Positions 35,335-45,946 of a stretch of 64,000 nucleotides of DNA are shown here, piece after piece. The notes beneath the pieces are model-generated. The model made no database searches and had not been told where the DNA came from. It saw only the letters and a program-made list of their open reading frames with translations. Location of the stretch: contig CAZYXV010000018.1 of assembly GCA_964651475.1 (NCBI GenBank), forward strand, positions 11,474-75,473, read 5' to 3'. The translations under genes and the position numbers were made by a program. Every line of letters begins with the position of its first letter. The stretch's first letter is position 1. This stretch comes from an uncultured Anaerolineae bacterium. Lineage in GTDB: Bacteria; Chloroflexota; Anaerolineae; Fen-1058.

Positions 35335-35424
35335 CAGCAGGCTGTCGGAGAACTCCGCTCAGGCCGTCGTCCTCGGCGGCCCGCCGGAGACGGCGCGTGG
35401 AGCGCCTCTCCGACAAGCTCCTAG
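35335..35424. mobile_element. MITE-like palindromic element (family A, copy 2); supplies the stop codon of the ygeY-like gene
   Basis: CCAG-CAGGCTGTCGGAGAACTCCGCTCAGGCCGTCGTCCTCGGCGGCCCG...CTCTCCGACAAGCTC-CTAG; the minus-strand TAG stop at 35421-23 lies in the terminal CTAG. Confidence 0.7.
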
Positions 35425-36620
35425 ACTTTGCGCGTTCCACCTAACATGAGGGCCGCCAGTCGAGCATAAGCACGGGCGGCGGCAGAAACCTGATCCAGAG
35501 TAATATGCTCGTCGGCAGTGTGCGCCAGCCGGTCATCGCCTGGGCCAAGTCCCACGGTGGGAATGCCTGCCACGCCAGCCGTGTACACGCCATCGGTGGA
35601 AAATGCCCATTTACCAATCTTGGGACGGACCCCCAATTCATCGCGCACGGCCTGTACTGCGGCCTGTACCAGTGGATGAGACTCTTCCGTCACCCAGGCA
35701 GGAAAGACATTGCGCACGCGGCTCACATAGCCATTATAACTGGTTGCTTCGTAATATGTCACTCCTACCTCGGCGCGCACACCCTCGCGGGCGATAATGC
35801 TTTGCAACTCGGTTATGGCGCGGCCTTCCGTCTCACCTAACGTCAGGCGTCGGTCTACGATAAAACGGCATATATCCGGCACGGCATTGCGCGACCCGGC
35901 CTGGCTTTCTATGTGCGTAATGGCCAGGGTGCCGCTGCCCAGAAAACGGTCGTGGGCCAGATTGCCAGCGAGCAGTTCTACCCCAAAAATCACCCGCACA
36001 GCATTGTAAATCGCATTGTCTCCCGCTTCAGGTTGGCTGGCGTGGCAGGTGCGTCCGTGAGTGCTCACCTCCAGTTCTATCCGGCCCCGCTGGCCGCGCG
36101 TCACGTGTAAATTGCTTGGCTCACACAACACCACCCAGTCTGGCGAGATGCCTTCTTCTTCAATCATCACACGCGCGCCCAGACCTTCGCATGGCTCTTC
36201 CTGAACAACACAAGCCAGGAGCACATCGCCGTACAATGGAACACGCCTGTCTATCAAAAGCTTGGCGGCGTACACCATCGCCGCCAGGGAACCTTTCATG
36301 TCGCACGCCCCCAGGCCATACAATTTACCATCTTCCACTTCTGCGCCCAGCGGGTCGTGCGTCCAGGTGGAAGGATCTGATATTCCGACTGTATCCATAT
36401 GTCCGTCGAACAGCAATGTCGGCCCTCGCCCAGCCCCACGAATACGAGCGATGACATTGCCGATACGATCAATGGCAACATCTTGTATACCCACCGCTCT
36501 CATCTCGTCTGCAATGCGCGCCGCCACCGCTTGCTCGTGGCAAGATACACTGGGCGTGCGCACCAAGTCACGCAGGAACTGGGTCAAGTTAACCTGATCA
36601 GTTGCAGATATATCAAACAT
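35421..36620 (-). CDS. M20A/ArgE-DapE family hydrolase, YgeY-like
   Basis: LLFDGHMDTV, GLGACDMKG, VQEEPCEG, CEPS, GRTCHASQP..GDNAI, FSTDG, AHTADE. Confidence 0.8.
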   Translation of the reverse strand: MFDISATDQVNLTQFLRDLVRTPSVSCHEQAVAARIADEMRAVGIQDVAIDRIGNVIARIRGAGRGPTLLFDGHMDTVGISDPSTWTHDPLGAEVEDGKLYGLGACDMKGSLAAMVYAAKLLIDRRVPLYGDVLLACVVQEEPCEGLGARVMIEEEGISPDWVVLCEPSNLHVTRGQRGRIELEVSTHGRTCHASQPEAGDNAIYNAVRVIFGVELLAGNLAHDRFLGSGTLAITHIESQAGSRNAVPDICRFIVDRRLTLGETEGRAITELQSIIAREGVRAEVGVTYYEATSYNGYVSRVRNVFPAWVTEESHPLVQAAVQAVRDELGVRPKIGKWAFSTDGVYTAGVAGIPTVGLGPGDDRLAHTADEHITLDQVSAAARAYARLAALMLGGTRKV

Positions 36621-36630
36621 GTCGCCATCC

Positions 36631-38121
36631 CTAATACGCCCCCCGGCACAACAAAACTACCGGGATTGTTTTTAGCAGAATTTTGATGTCCAGTCCAACA
36701 CTCCAATTTTCGGCATACCAGATATCTAACAACGCCATCTCATCGAACGATACGTCACTGCGGCCTGAAATCTGCCACATTCCAGTAAGGCCAGGTGTCA
36801 CCGATAATTTTTGACGGTGCCAGGGCTGATATTGTTCGACTTCGGATGGCAACGGAGGGCGGGGACCGACCCAGCTCATCTCGCCGCGAAATATGTTTAC
36901 CAGTTGCGGCAACTCGTCTATGCTGGTACGGCGCAAAAAGCGCCCCACCCGTGTGCAGCGAGGGTCGTCGCGAATCTTAAATAGAGGGCCATCCGCTTCG
37001 TTCAGATGGTGCAGGGCGTGCTGCTCTTCTTCGGCGTTTTGCCGCATGGAGCGGAATTTGTAACACGTGAACAGCTTCCCCCCCTGGCCCACCCGCGTCT
37101 GCCTGAAAATAACCGGACCGGGGCTATCGAGCTTGATAGCCAACGCCGCAATGCCCATCACCGGCAAAGCCAGGATAGAAAACACCGCGCTTAGAATCAA
37201 ATCCATGGCGCGCTTGACCAACAAGCTGCCGCCACGAATCGCCGCCGGGCGCATACCAATGAGCGGAATACCCAGGCTATCGTCCACCTCGACGCGGCTT
37301 AGCGTGAGCTGAAACAAATCCGGCACCAATCTCGCGCGCACGCCCCTCCGCTCGGCCTGATCCACCAGGCTCGTAATCTTGTGATGATACATCCACGGCA
37401 ACGTGATAATCACTTCTGAAACATTTTCGGATTTCAACACGGCGGGCAGGTTATCCAGTCCACCCAATGCCTTGAACCGCCCGAGGTCAGTCGTGCCCCT
37501 TTGCTCGTCATCATCCAGGAACCCCACCACCTGGTAGCCCAATTCAGGGCGAGCGGCAATCGTGCGCATCACCGTGCGCCCCACTTCGCCGGCACCCACC
37601 ACCACCACCCGATCAACTCCCAAGCCGCGCGCCCGCATACGCGCCGTGACCAGATCCAACGACAAGCGAGATACACCCATCAAGAAAATGACCAGGATAC
37701 CATCATACAAAAAAATCAGGCGAGAGTAGAACACTGGCGTGTACACGTACGCAATGGTAACCATGACGACGATGGCCGTCGTGGAGCCATTCACCACAGC
37801 GTACATCGTGTCGAGCCACGAGCGCCCGCGCCGCGCGTCGTACACACCGCACAAGCGAAACGAGATGAGCAGTAACCCCGTCAACACTGCCATGTAAGGC
37901 AAATAATCGGCTAATGGCGTGTTAGAGGATGGGTCAAGCACAGGCCGAAACCACTGCAAGTTATAACGGACAATATAGGCCAGCACAAAGGCCAGGTTGA
38001 CCAATATCGCATCGCCAAGAACCAACGCAGCCTTGCGCCAGACGTGCGCCACCTGGCGCCCGCCGTTCTGCGCTATGCTGTGGTTGTTCGAGACTGTTTT
38101 CTCGTCGCGCGAATCTTTCAC
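36631..38121 (-). CDS. Polyprenyl-phosphate glycosylphosphotransferase (WcaJ/CpsE-type priming transferase)
   Basis: N-terminal TMs, CoA-binding-like VVVGAGEVG, KRAMD, FRQTRVG..G..F..YKFRSM, DPRCTRVG.FLRRTSIDELPQL, GPRP, PGLTG.WQISGRS. Confidence 0.92.
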   Translation of the reverse strand: MKDSRDEKTVSNNHSIAQNGGRQVAHVWRKAALVLGDAILVNLAFVLAYIVRYNLQWFRPVLDPSSNTPLADYLPYMAVLTGLLLISFRLCGVYDARRGRSWLDTMYAVVNGSTTAIVVMVTIAYVYTPVFYSRLIFLYDGILVIFLMGVSRLSLDLVTARMRARGLGVDRVVVVGAGEVGRTVMRTIAARPELGYQVVGFLDDDEQRGTTDLGRFKALGGLDNLPAVLKSENVSEVIITLPWMYHHKITSLVDQAERRGVRARLVPDLFQLTLSRVEVDDSLGIPLIGMRPAAIRGGSLLVKRAMDLILSAVFSILALPVMGIAALAIKLDSPGPVIFRQTRVGQGGKLFTCYKFRSMRQNAEEEQHALHHLNEADGPLFKIRDDPRCTRVGRFLRRTSIDELPQLVNIFRGEMSWVGPRPPLPSEVEQYQPWHRQKLSVTPGLTGMWQISGRSDVSFDEMALLDIWYAENWSVGLDIKILLKTIPVVLLCRGAY

Positions 38122-39269
38122 GGGATGCTCTTCAAAACGTTGCGATACGCAGACATAGTTTGCTGCGCCGTGCGTTCCCACCTGAATTCGGCCGCGTGCG
38201 CTTTGCCGGCCTCGCTCAATTGACGGCGCAAATCCACATTGGCTAAAAGTTGCCGCATGGCCGCAGCCAATTCATCCGTGCTCTCTGGCGAAACAAGTAG
38301 TCCGGCATCGCCCGCCGCCTGGGGCAAAGACGATACATTCGACGTAATCACAGGCGCGCCGCAAGCCATCGCCTCCAGCACTGGCATTCCAAAGCCTTCG
38401 TACAGGCTGGGATAAACAAACAATGCAGCCGCATTGTACCACAACGGCAACTCGTGCGCTGGGGTGTAACCGGCAAACGTCACACGCTCTTGTAAATTCA
38501 ATCGCTCGACGGCAGCGTAAATCTCGTCGTAAAGCCAGCCGTTGCCGCCCACACAGACAAGTTGCAAGGTTGGACATGGAAGGTCAAAAGCTAAAAGTTG
38601 AGCAAACGCTTTTAACAATGCCAGGTGATTTTTGCGCGGCTCGAGCGTGCCGACGTGCAAGATAAAGGTGTCGGGCAAGTTACGCTCGCGACGAAATGCC
38701 TCCACCTGATCTTGCGGCAATGTGCAAAAAGCAGCATCCACACCAGGCAACGCCACGTCAACGCGCTCCGCCGGCACGCCGTACAAACGCATCACGGCGC
38801 GGCGCGTGCTTTCCGAAATGGCAATCACCCGGCTGGCGGTCTGGCACGAAAGGCGAGTGAACAATCGCAGATAGGCAGCATTGGCACCCTGGAACCAGGC
38901 CGGGAAATACGCAAAACTCAAATCATAAACAGTGACAACAGTAGGACATTGACGAATCACTGGTAAAACAAATGCCAGGCCGTGCAACAACTCTAAATCT
39001 TCCAGCCTGGCCCATAGAGGCTGGGCTAACTGTTCCCACACAATACGCGCCAGCGGGCGATGGGTGGGCCAGGCTGTAACGCGGACTCGCGCTTTTTCAG
39101 CCGGGAGCCGCGCCTGCCGATTGGCAAAAATTATAAATTCTACTTGGTCGCTAAACGCCGGCAGGTAGTGTACAAGACGATCAATATACTGATGAATGCC
39201 AGCACTGCGATACGAGGCCGCACCAGATAGCAATTGCGCATTGAGGCCAACAAGCGGGCGAGCGTTCAT
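38118..39269 (-). CDS. Glycosyltransferase family 4 (mannosyltransferase-like)
   Basis: [40 protein letters not shown]. Confidence 0.92.
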   Translation of the reverse strand: MNARPLVGLNAQLLSGAASYRSAGIHQYIDRLVHYLPAFSDQVEFIIFANRQARLPAEKARVRVTAWPTHRPLARIVWEQLAQPLWARLEDLELLHGLAFVLPVIRQCPTVVTVYDLSFAYFPAWFQGANAAYLRLFTRLSCQTASRVIAISESTRRAVMRLYGVPAERVDVALPGVDAAFCTLPQDQVEAFRRERNLPDTFILHVGTLEPRKNHLALLKAFAQLLAFDLPCPTLQLVCVGGNGWLYDEIYAAVERLNLQERVTFAGYTPAHELPLWYNAAALFVYPSLYEGFGMPVLEAMACGAPVITSNVSSLPQAAGDAGLLVSPESTDELAAAMRQLLANVDLRRQLSEAGKAHAAEFRWERTAQQTMSAYRNVLKSIP

Positions 39270-39289
39270 ACCGCGATTATACCAGGATT

Positions 39290-40402
39290 TTACGGTTTGG
39301 ACATTATCTCTCGATAGACTTGAACCGTGTCGGTGGCAATTTTGGCCTGGCTGTAGAAGCTTTTCACGCGCTGTCGCCCACGCCGGGATAGATCGGCCCA
39401 CAAGTCTTGGTCACACTGCAGGCGAACCAAGCAATCCCTTAACGTCTCTATGTTATCTTCTGGGAAAATTAGCCCCGACTGGTTAATCACGTGCGGGATC
39501 TCGCCGCACGTCGAGCCGACGACGGGCACGCCGCACGCCATCGCTTCGACGAGCACGCGCCCGAATTGCTCTTTCCAATTTTCACGGGTTCGAGAAGGCA
39601 ACACAAGCACGTCCAGGCCAGAATAATACGCCGGCATCTGCGTAGACGGAATTGGCGCATCAAAAATCACATGCCCGGCAATCCCCAGCTCTTGCGCCAG
39701 ACGCGCCAACGCTCCACGCTCCGGCCCACTGCCCAGAATATACAGCCGCCAAAGACCTGGCAGCCCGGCCACCGCACGCAGCAGCACATCCACGCCCTTT
39801 TCTCGAACCAGCCGTCCGACGTAGCCGATGGATATTCCCTGCCCGGCGTCTCTTGCGCCGCGCCTGGGCTGAAAGATATCCGGGTCAACCCCGAATTGCG
39901 GAACGATTTTGAGCGGCCCTCTATAACCTTTGGCGCGCCACACGTGCATTGCCTCCCGGTTGCCCAGCAGGGCATACGCCGCCCGGCCCAACACATATCG
40001 TTCCATCCAGTTAAATGGAAAAGGATACTGCCGTTCGAGATTCTGCCAGGTAAAGAACAAGACGCGCGCTCCTGCCCGGCGCGCCAACCACGTAGCCTGA
40101 AACGTCGCCAGGTTGTATGGCTCCTCATCCACGTGGACGATATCCGGGCGAGCCTGGTTGATCTCGGCCCCCAGCGTGGGGTAAAAGTGAAGATGAAAAT
40201 GCCCATTCAGCCCCATAGGAATAGTTCGCAGCGTGTAACCGTGCACGTGAGCGCGTTCCAACTCTAGCGTTCCGCGCTCGTCCCGCCAGGCAGGTGGAAC
40301 CAAAACGGTCAATTCGACGTCACAGTGCAGGGCCATTTCTTCCAGTTTGCGCTGGTAGGCGCCAACCAAACAAGCTTTGGAGATCATTAACACCTTGATC
40401 AA
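39290..40402 (-). CDS. Glycosyltransferase family 4
   Basis: HVDEEP, PQFGVD, YVGRLVREKG, WKEQFGRVLVEAMACG. Confidence 0.92.
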   Translation of the reverse strand: MIKVLMISKACLVGAYQRKLEEMALHCDVELTVLVPPAWRDERGTLELERAHVHGYTLRTIPMGLNGHFHLHFYPTLGAEINQARPDIVHVDEEPYNLATFQATWLARRAGARVLFFTWQNLERQYPFPFNWMERYVLGRAAYALLGNREAMHVWRAKGYRGPLKIVPQFGVDPDIFQPRRGARDAGQGISIGYVGRLVREKGVDVLLRAVAGLPGLWRLYILGSGPERGALARLAQELGIAGHVIFDAPIPSTQMPAYYSGLDVLVLPSRTRENWKEQFGRVLVEAMACGVPVVGSTCGEIPHVINQSGLIFPEDNIETLRDCLVRLQCDQDLWADLSRRGRQRVKSFYSQAKIATDTVQVYREIMSKP

Positions 40403-40472
40403 GCGCCCTCCTGTTTTAGCATAATTCTAGGCAATTCAGGCCGCATTCGCACCAACGGGTTACCAGACTTGT

Positions 40473-40500
40473 TTGACAGTCAATTCCATTGTGGTATAAT
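40473..40500 (+). promoter_or_regulatory. Sigma70 promoter (extended -10) with ~190-nt leader to the LysM gene pair
   Basis: TTGACA-N16-TATAAT with TG-n upstream of the -10. Confidence 0.6.
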
Positions 40501-40696
40501 TTGCCAAGTTACGCAAGTTAAGAATTTTGCACACATACACTACCCGGTTGCCTGATGGCTTACTATGGGCATCGCATGGTCCCCTTTTACCCAGTCGGCG
40601 ATGTTTCTCTGCCAGCAGTATTTCCCTAACCCCTGCCTACTTATGTGTTGTGTGTACGCTTAAACAAGAAAAAGCTCGTGCTTTATCAGGAGGATT

Positions 40697-42313
40697 ATGA
40701 TGCGTTTGCAAACCTGGTTGGGACTGGCAATTGTTGCCGCGATTATAACCGGGCTGTTACCAGCCTGGGCGTTTGCCGCCCCTCCCGCCCAAGAAGAAAT
40801 CGGACCAAATTTGCTGGTGGACGGCAACTTTGAGTCTCCCCCTGTGATACAAGATGGCGTCGGGGAGGTACAGGTCGCGCCTGGTTGGAGGGCGTGGTAC
40901 CTTGACGTGCCGCCCTCTTACGTCGTTCCTCCTCCGTCGTGCTATAACGCCAACGGCGGAAAAAGAGATAATGGCTGTTACTGGATGCGGCCCGAGTTCC
41001 GTGATACTATCAGACAATCGCACAGCAACCGAGTACACGGCGGGGATCGCTCCCAGAAATATTTTTCCTTCGGACGCATGCACGAGGGCGGATTGTATCA
41101 ACAAGTTAACAACGTCCCCGCCGGCGCCAAACTCCGCTTTTCCATTTACATCCAGGCGTGGATGTGTAGCGATGCTTCATCTGGCAAATGCAACGACGGG
41201 CGAATTTCGGATGCACCCGCAGACATGCACCTGCGTGTTGGCATTGATCCAACTGGGGGAACTAACCCCTTCGGGCCCAACATCGTATGGTCGGGTGAAG
41301 TGGCTGCCTGGGATCAATGGGTACGCTTCCAGGTAGAAGCGATTGCCCAATCCTCCACTGTGACAGTATTCACCCATTCGCGCCCCGAGTGGGATTGGGC
41401 GCGTATGAACAATGATGTTTACCTAGACGATGCCGAACTTGTCACGGTGGGACCCATTCCCACCCCGACCCCCGAAGCCGCGGCCGTGCAGCCTGCGGCT
41501 GACAACCAACCCCAGGTCCAACCCCAAGCGCAGGTACAACCTATCACCAAGGCCAACGGCACGACGGTGCACCAGGTTAGTTCTGGCGATACGTTGCTGG
41601 GCATTGCGCTGGCGTATGGGGTCACGGTGGATGAAGTCGTGGCATGGAATCGCCTCAATCCGGGCGATTTTTTGCAAATCGACCAGGAGCTTGTCGTCAA
41701 AGCGCCTGCGGGGTGGGTCGCCCCTGTTCAGGCCGCCGCCAATCCACCTGCCGCAGCAGCGCAGTCCACGCCGGCCGCCCCAGCAGCGCCCACGCCCGCG
41801 CCGCAGCCTCAAGCTGTAGCCAATGCTCCAACCTCGCCGGCTGGCTTGTGCGTGGTGGCGTTTGACGACCAGAACATGAACTCGCTCTACGAAGACAAAG
41901 AAGGCCTGGTGGCCCAGACTCAATTTGATGTGTTGAGCAGCGACGCTGTCATCAAATCGTATACCACCGATGGCAGCAGTGAACCTTATTGCTTCTTTGA
42001 TTTGAACCCCGGCACCTACATAGTTTCGGCCAGGCTTGCCAGCGGGTATAAAGCCACATCCGTAGAAAAGACCGGTGTATCGCTTGCTGCGGGACAGACC
42101 GTTAACGTCGCTTTCGGCAGCATCAGCACCGGCAAACAGCCGGCCAGCAAAGCCGGAGATAAGGCGGCCGCACCCGTGTCAGCCGCTAGCCAGGCTCAAC
42201 AATCCTCACCCAACATATTTACGCGCATGGGAGGGTTCCTGGTGGGCGCAAGCGGCATCATCGTACTTGGGTTGGCAATTGTGGTCGGCCTGGCAATGTC
42301 TCGCCGCCGCTAA
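40697..42313 (+). CDS. Surface protein: signal peptide, beta-sandwich (CBM-like) domain, LysM, SdrD-B-like domain, C-terminal TM anchor
   Basis: NLLVDGNFE..., GIDPTGGTNP; HQVSSGDTLLGIALAYGVTVDEV...GDFLQIDQEL (LysM); AFDDQNMNS..E...G; hydrophobic tail + RRR. Confidence 0.75.
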   Translation: MMRLQTWLGLAIVAAIITGLLPAWAFAAPPAQEEIGPNLLVDGNFESPPVIQDGVGEVQVAPGWRAWYLDVPPSYVVPPPSCYNANGGKRDNGCYWMRPEFRDTIRQSHSNRVHGGDRSQKYFSFGRMHEGGLYQQVNNVPAGAKLRFSIYIQAWMCSDASSGKCNDGRISDAPADMHLRVGIDPTGGTNPFGPNIVWSGEVAAWDQWVRFQVEAIAQSSTVTVFTHSRPEWDWARMNNDVYLDDAELVTVGPIPTPTPEAAAVQPAADNQPQVQPQAQVQPITKANGTTVHQVSSGDTLLGIALAYGVTVDEVVAWNRLNPGDFLQIDQELVVKAPAGWVAPVQAAANPPAAAAQSTPAAPAAPTPAPQPQAVANAPTSPAGLCVVAFDDQNMNSLYEDKEGLVAQTQFDVLSSDAVIKSYTTDGSSEPYCFFDLNPGTYIVSARLASGYKATSVEKTGVSLAAGQTVNVAFGSISTGKQPASKAGDKAAAPVSAASQAQQSSPNIFTRMGGFLVGASGIIVLGLAIVVGLAMSRRR

Positions 42314-42328
42314 GAGAGGTTTGAACCG

Positions 42329-43732
42329 ATGCGCAAGTATGTAAGCCTGATCATAGCCAGTACATTGCTCGCCATCGCGCTCGTTCCGGGGCAAATCGCT
42401 CAGGCCACGCCCTCTTTCCAGGGCAGCATTTCTTTGCAAAACGCCGGTTTCGAGGGAGGCACCACCTCTGGGTGGTCGTGGTGGTCCAAGGCTGAAGAAA
42501 TTGTCAGGATTGGCAAAGATATTGACCTGAACAACTCTTGGTATACCCCACAATATGTTCCTAACAATCAAGGGATTCGCGTCCACGGCGGCGGTCAGTC
42601 CATTGAGATTAACAACGAGTACCGCAAGTGGCGAGGTGGGGTGTACCAAACGGTGAGCGCCGCGCCGGGCACTAGAATCGTCTTTAAAGTTTGGGCGCAG
42701 GGCTATACCAGCTCGGGCGAACTGATGCGGGTGCGCGCCGGCATTGACCCCAATGGAGGCACGAGCAACGGCGCAGTGACCTGGTCAGGCACCGCGTCGG
42801 TAGGCGAATCGTATATCCAACTCGTCTCACCCGAAGTCACAGTTGGCAGCGGCGGCAAGGCCACCGTCTTTACGTGGGCCGAAACGCCCAGCCCAGCCAA
42901 TAAAACAGCGGTTTTTTTCGACGACGCGGCGGTCGAGATTACAGGGCAGGCGCAAGCTCAAGCCACCACACCAGCGCAGCCCGTCCAACCCACATCGCCG
43001 CCAGTGGTGGCGCAGCCTATCAAAACGGCTCAACCACAGCCCGATGGCTCGCTTGTCTACACCGTTCAATCCGGCGATACGCTGGGCGCAATTGCGATGG
43101 CCTACGGCACTACCGTTGACAGTATTATGCAGCTCAACGGCCTGTCGAGCACCATCATCTCGGTTGGACAACGCCTGACCATCCGGGGAGCAACGGTGCC
43201 GCCTACAGCCACCACTCCGCCCACCCTGGCCGCGCCACCCACGCTGGAGGCAACACCGGTTCCGCCCACTGGCCAGATTTGCATCAAAGCCTATAACGAT
43301 CGGGACGGCAATGGATTACCGGGCGGCGTTGGAGAGGACTTGTTGCCAGGCGTCGTGTTTGCCCTATCGAACAGTCAGGGCACGTTGAAGAACTATACCA
43401 CCGACGGCCTCAACGAACCTTACTGTTTCCTGGATTTGTTGCCAGACACGTACACAGTCAAGATTGTATCACCCACAGGCTACAGCGCGACTACCCCAGA
43501 GGTTTGGAGCCTGGGGGTAGCAGGTGGGCAAAAGATTGACGTGAGTTTTGGCGCCAGACGCGGCGGTGCAGCGCCTACCGACGCCCCCACGGCCTCCCCA
43601 TCGAGCAGTGGTGGGGGGGGAGGCTCTTCGTTTCTGGGCAGTGTCGGACGCATCATCCTGGGCGGCCTGGCCGTGATTGTGCTGATTGGCCTGGGCGCGG
43701 CCGGGATGTATTTTGTCGCAATGCGGCGCTGA
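42329..43732 (+). CDS. Paralogous surface LysM protein with the same architecture
   Basis: LQNAGFEGG, GIDPNGGTS; YTVQSGDTLGAIAMAYGTTVDSIMQLNGL...ISVGQRL; AYNDRDGNG; TM + MRR. Confidence 0.78.
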   Translation: MRKYVSLIIASTLLAIALVPGQIAQATPSFQGSISLQNAGFEGGTTSGWSWWSKAEEIVRIGKDIDLNNSWYTPQYVPNNQGIRVHGGGQSIEINNEYRKWRGGVYQTVSAAPGTRIVFKVWAQGYTSSGELMRVRAGIDPNGGTSNGAVTWSGTASVGESYIQLVSPEVTVGSGGKATVFTWAETPSPANKTAVFFDDAAVEITGQAQAQATTPAQPVQPTSPPVVAQPIKTAQPQPDGSLVYTVQSGDTLGAIAMAYGTTVDSIMQLNGLSSTIISVGQRLTIRGATVPPTATTPPTLAAPPTLEATPVPPTGQICIKAYNDRDGNGLPGGVGEDLLPGVVFALSNSQGTLKNYTTDGLNEPYCFLDLLPDTYTVKIVSPTGYSATTPEVWSLGVAGGQKIDVSFGARRGGAAPTDAPTASPSSSGGGGGSSFLGSVGRIILGGLAVIVLIGLGAAGMYFVAMRR

Positions 43733-43822
43733 GTTGCACGCCATTCAAATCTGATAGAAACCCGTTTTCTGCTCACCCCTGCGGGGTGCACAGCAAGAAA
43801 ACGGGTTTCTGCGTAATGACCG

Positions 43823-45760
43823 ATGAAGTTCTTGTCTCGTACCTGGTCCACACCACGCTGGATGATTCTGGCTGTATGTTTGCTTGGCCTGGCCTACACG
43901 CTTCGAGTCTACGGGCTGGGGAGGCAAGACCTGTGGGGCGATGAAGCTGTAAGCGCGCTGGTTCTCAAACACGATGTGGTTCAAATACTGAATGGCCAGG
44001 TTGATCCGCTCCTTCCCCCGCTTTATTTTTTACTGCTTCGTTTTTGCACCTGCCTGGCTGGCCGAACCGAATTTGCGATTCGCTATCTTTCTCTTGTCGG
44101 CGCAATGGTCGGGGTCGCGTTCACTGGCCGCGCTGCCCGTGAATCGCTGGGGCGCCCGGCAGGAGCATTGGCGCTGGCGCTGGCGACCATCGCACCATTC
44201 CAGGTATATTACGCTCAGGAAGCGCGTATGTACGGAGTGGCGCTCGCGTTTAACGCGGGGGCTTTGTGGGCCGCCATAGCCGCGCTGCGCCAGCGCAGGC
44301 TGGCCAGGCAAAAGAGTTTTTGGCAGGCTTGGATTGCATTTGCCGTGCTGGCTCTGGGCGCGGTCTATGCGCACTATATTTCATTTCTACACTTGCTGGG
44401 CATCGCCGCCAGCCTAGCGATAGCCTGGCGGCGTCAAGCCCGCCAGTTGGCGCTGGCGGGCTTGACCGCTGTGATGATGGGATTGGTCTATTTGCCGTGG
44501 GCTTGGGGACAGGTAAATCGCCTCGGCGGCCAATTTCCTTTCCGTCCTCACGTATGGACGCTGACCAAACTCCTGGATATCACACGAGATACCCTCCAGG
44601 CGTTCAGCGTAGGCCAAACGCTCCATCAAAATTGGGGGTGGGGCATCGTAGCGCTGATGGCGCTTGCCGCCGGGATTGGATGCGCAGCGGCGATACGCCC
44701 CCGGCGACCTGAACGATGGCTGCCGGGCGTCGTTGTCGTCACTGTCTTGGTAGGGGGTTGGGCTTTTAACGCGTATCTCTTTATCTTTGAGTCGCGCTAT
44801 TTGATGGTGGGCATGCCGGCGTACCTTTTGCTGGTAGCGGGGGGTATTTATTGGGTTGGCCGGCGCTGGCCGGCGCTGGCCGCGTTATCATTAGCCGCTA
44901 TTCTTGCGGCAGCCAGTTTTGCCAATGCCACCTACTACACAAGTTATACCAAAGGCAATTATGGCAAATTGATGCGAACTGTGATTTCCGGCGCCCAACC
45001 TGGCGATTTGCTGATGCTCAACAACCCATTGCAGAGAGCCATCTTTGAATATTATCGCCCCACCAACGTGGACTATGCCTACATATCGCGCGATGCCATT
45101 ATTGACCCGGCCCGGCTGGACGCTGAAATGACCCGGTTGGCTGCAGGACGCGGGCGCGTCTGGCTGGTGATGTTTGGCGACCCAAACGAATACGACCCCG
45201 AATTTCAGGTGGAGCATTGGCTGGCCACACACGGCGCTAAAAGCCATTACGAGGGATTTGGCGATTCGACTCTGGCGCTCTATGTCATGTCAAGCGCGGC
45301 CGGCGTCACGGTCCCCGTATCGGCTACGTTCGACGGTCAGATGGCACTGACCGGTTATCTCTTGAGCGCTGGCGTGCTGAGGCCAGGCGACACCCTCATC
45401 GTGGAATTGGATTGGAAGGCTATTGCCGATCCAGGCAGAGATTATACAATCTTTGTGCAACTGATCGGACCTGACGGCACGCTAGTGGCCCAGGTAGACA
45501 CCCCCCCCGTAGGCGGCACACGTCCGACCAGCGCGTGGGCTGCCGGTGAATCCGTCTCCGACCGCTATGCCTTGCGCATCCCCACCACCGCGCCGGCTGG
45601 CGAAGGACAATTGATTGTGGGGCTTTACCCCTGGCCCGACCTGACTCGCCTGCCGCTCACAGAAACAGGCGGGCTGCCCGCCGCCAATGATGCTTTGCGG
45701 CTGGCAACGATTACGATTACGACGACGAGTACAACGACGAGTACAATCACTTTGGACTAA
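43823..45760 (+). CDS. GT-C/family 39 (PMT-like) membrane glycosyltransferase with extracellular C-terminal domain
   Basis: LW.DEA, PPLYF.LL, R..S, YAQEARMY, multiple TMs, ESRYL; C-terminal DYTIFVQL.GPDG..VAQ.D..P.......W..GE.V.DRY. Confidence 0.8.
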   Translation: MKFLSRTWSTPRWMILAVCLLGLAYTLRVYGLGRQDLWGDEAVSALVLKHDVVQILNGQVDPLLPPLYFLLLRFCTCLAGRTEFAIRYLSLVGAMVGVAFTGRAARESLGRPAGALALALATIAPFQVYYAQEARMYGVALAFNAGALWAAIAALRQRRLARQKSFWQAWIAFAVLALGAVYAHYISFLHLLGIAASLAIAWRRQARQLALAGLTAVMMGLVYLPWAWGQVNRLGGQFPFRPHVWTLTKLLDITRDTLQAFSVGQTLHQNWGWGIVALMALAAGIGCAAAIRPRRPERWLPGVVVVTVLVGGWAFNAYLFIFESRYLMVGMPAYLLLVAGGIYWVGRRWPALAALSLAAILAAASFANATYYTSYTKGNYGKLMRTVISGAQPGDLLMLNNPLQRAIFEYYRPTNVDYAYISRDAIIDPARLDAEMTRLAAGRGRVWLVMFGDPNEYDPEFQVEHWLATHGAKSHYEGFGDSTLALYVMSSAAGVTVPVSATFDGQMALTGYLLSAGVLRPGDTLIVELDWKAIADPGRDYTIFVQLIGPDGTLVAQVDTPPVGGTRPTSAWAAGESVSDRYALRIPTTAPAGEGQLIVGLYPWPDLTRLPLTETGGLPAANDALRLATITITTTSTTTSTITLD

Positions 45761-45946
45761 TGAGCCAGGACGATTGTGGCTTCACACTCAACCGCCTTGC
45801 CTGCCCTGGCAAGACAACGCGCAGACCGTGAAACATTAAAAGCGTTGCCGGCGTCTTGTTTTTAAGCGGTCAAGACTAGAACTTGCCACACGCTTGTCAA
45901 CGGGTGTATAATTGCCTGCGTCATTGCACATGGCGCATGCGTTCAG

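Noticed and set aside
45711-45752. ACGATT / ACGACGAGTACA repeats at the end of the GT39 gene
   Set aside because: Short low-complexity Thr/Ser tail with no evidence of a separate function.
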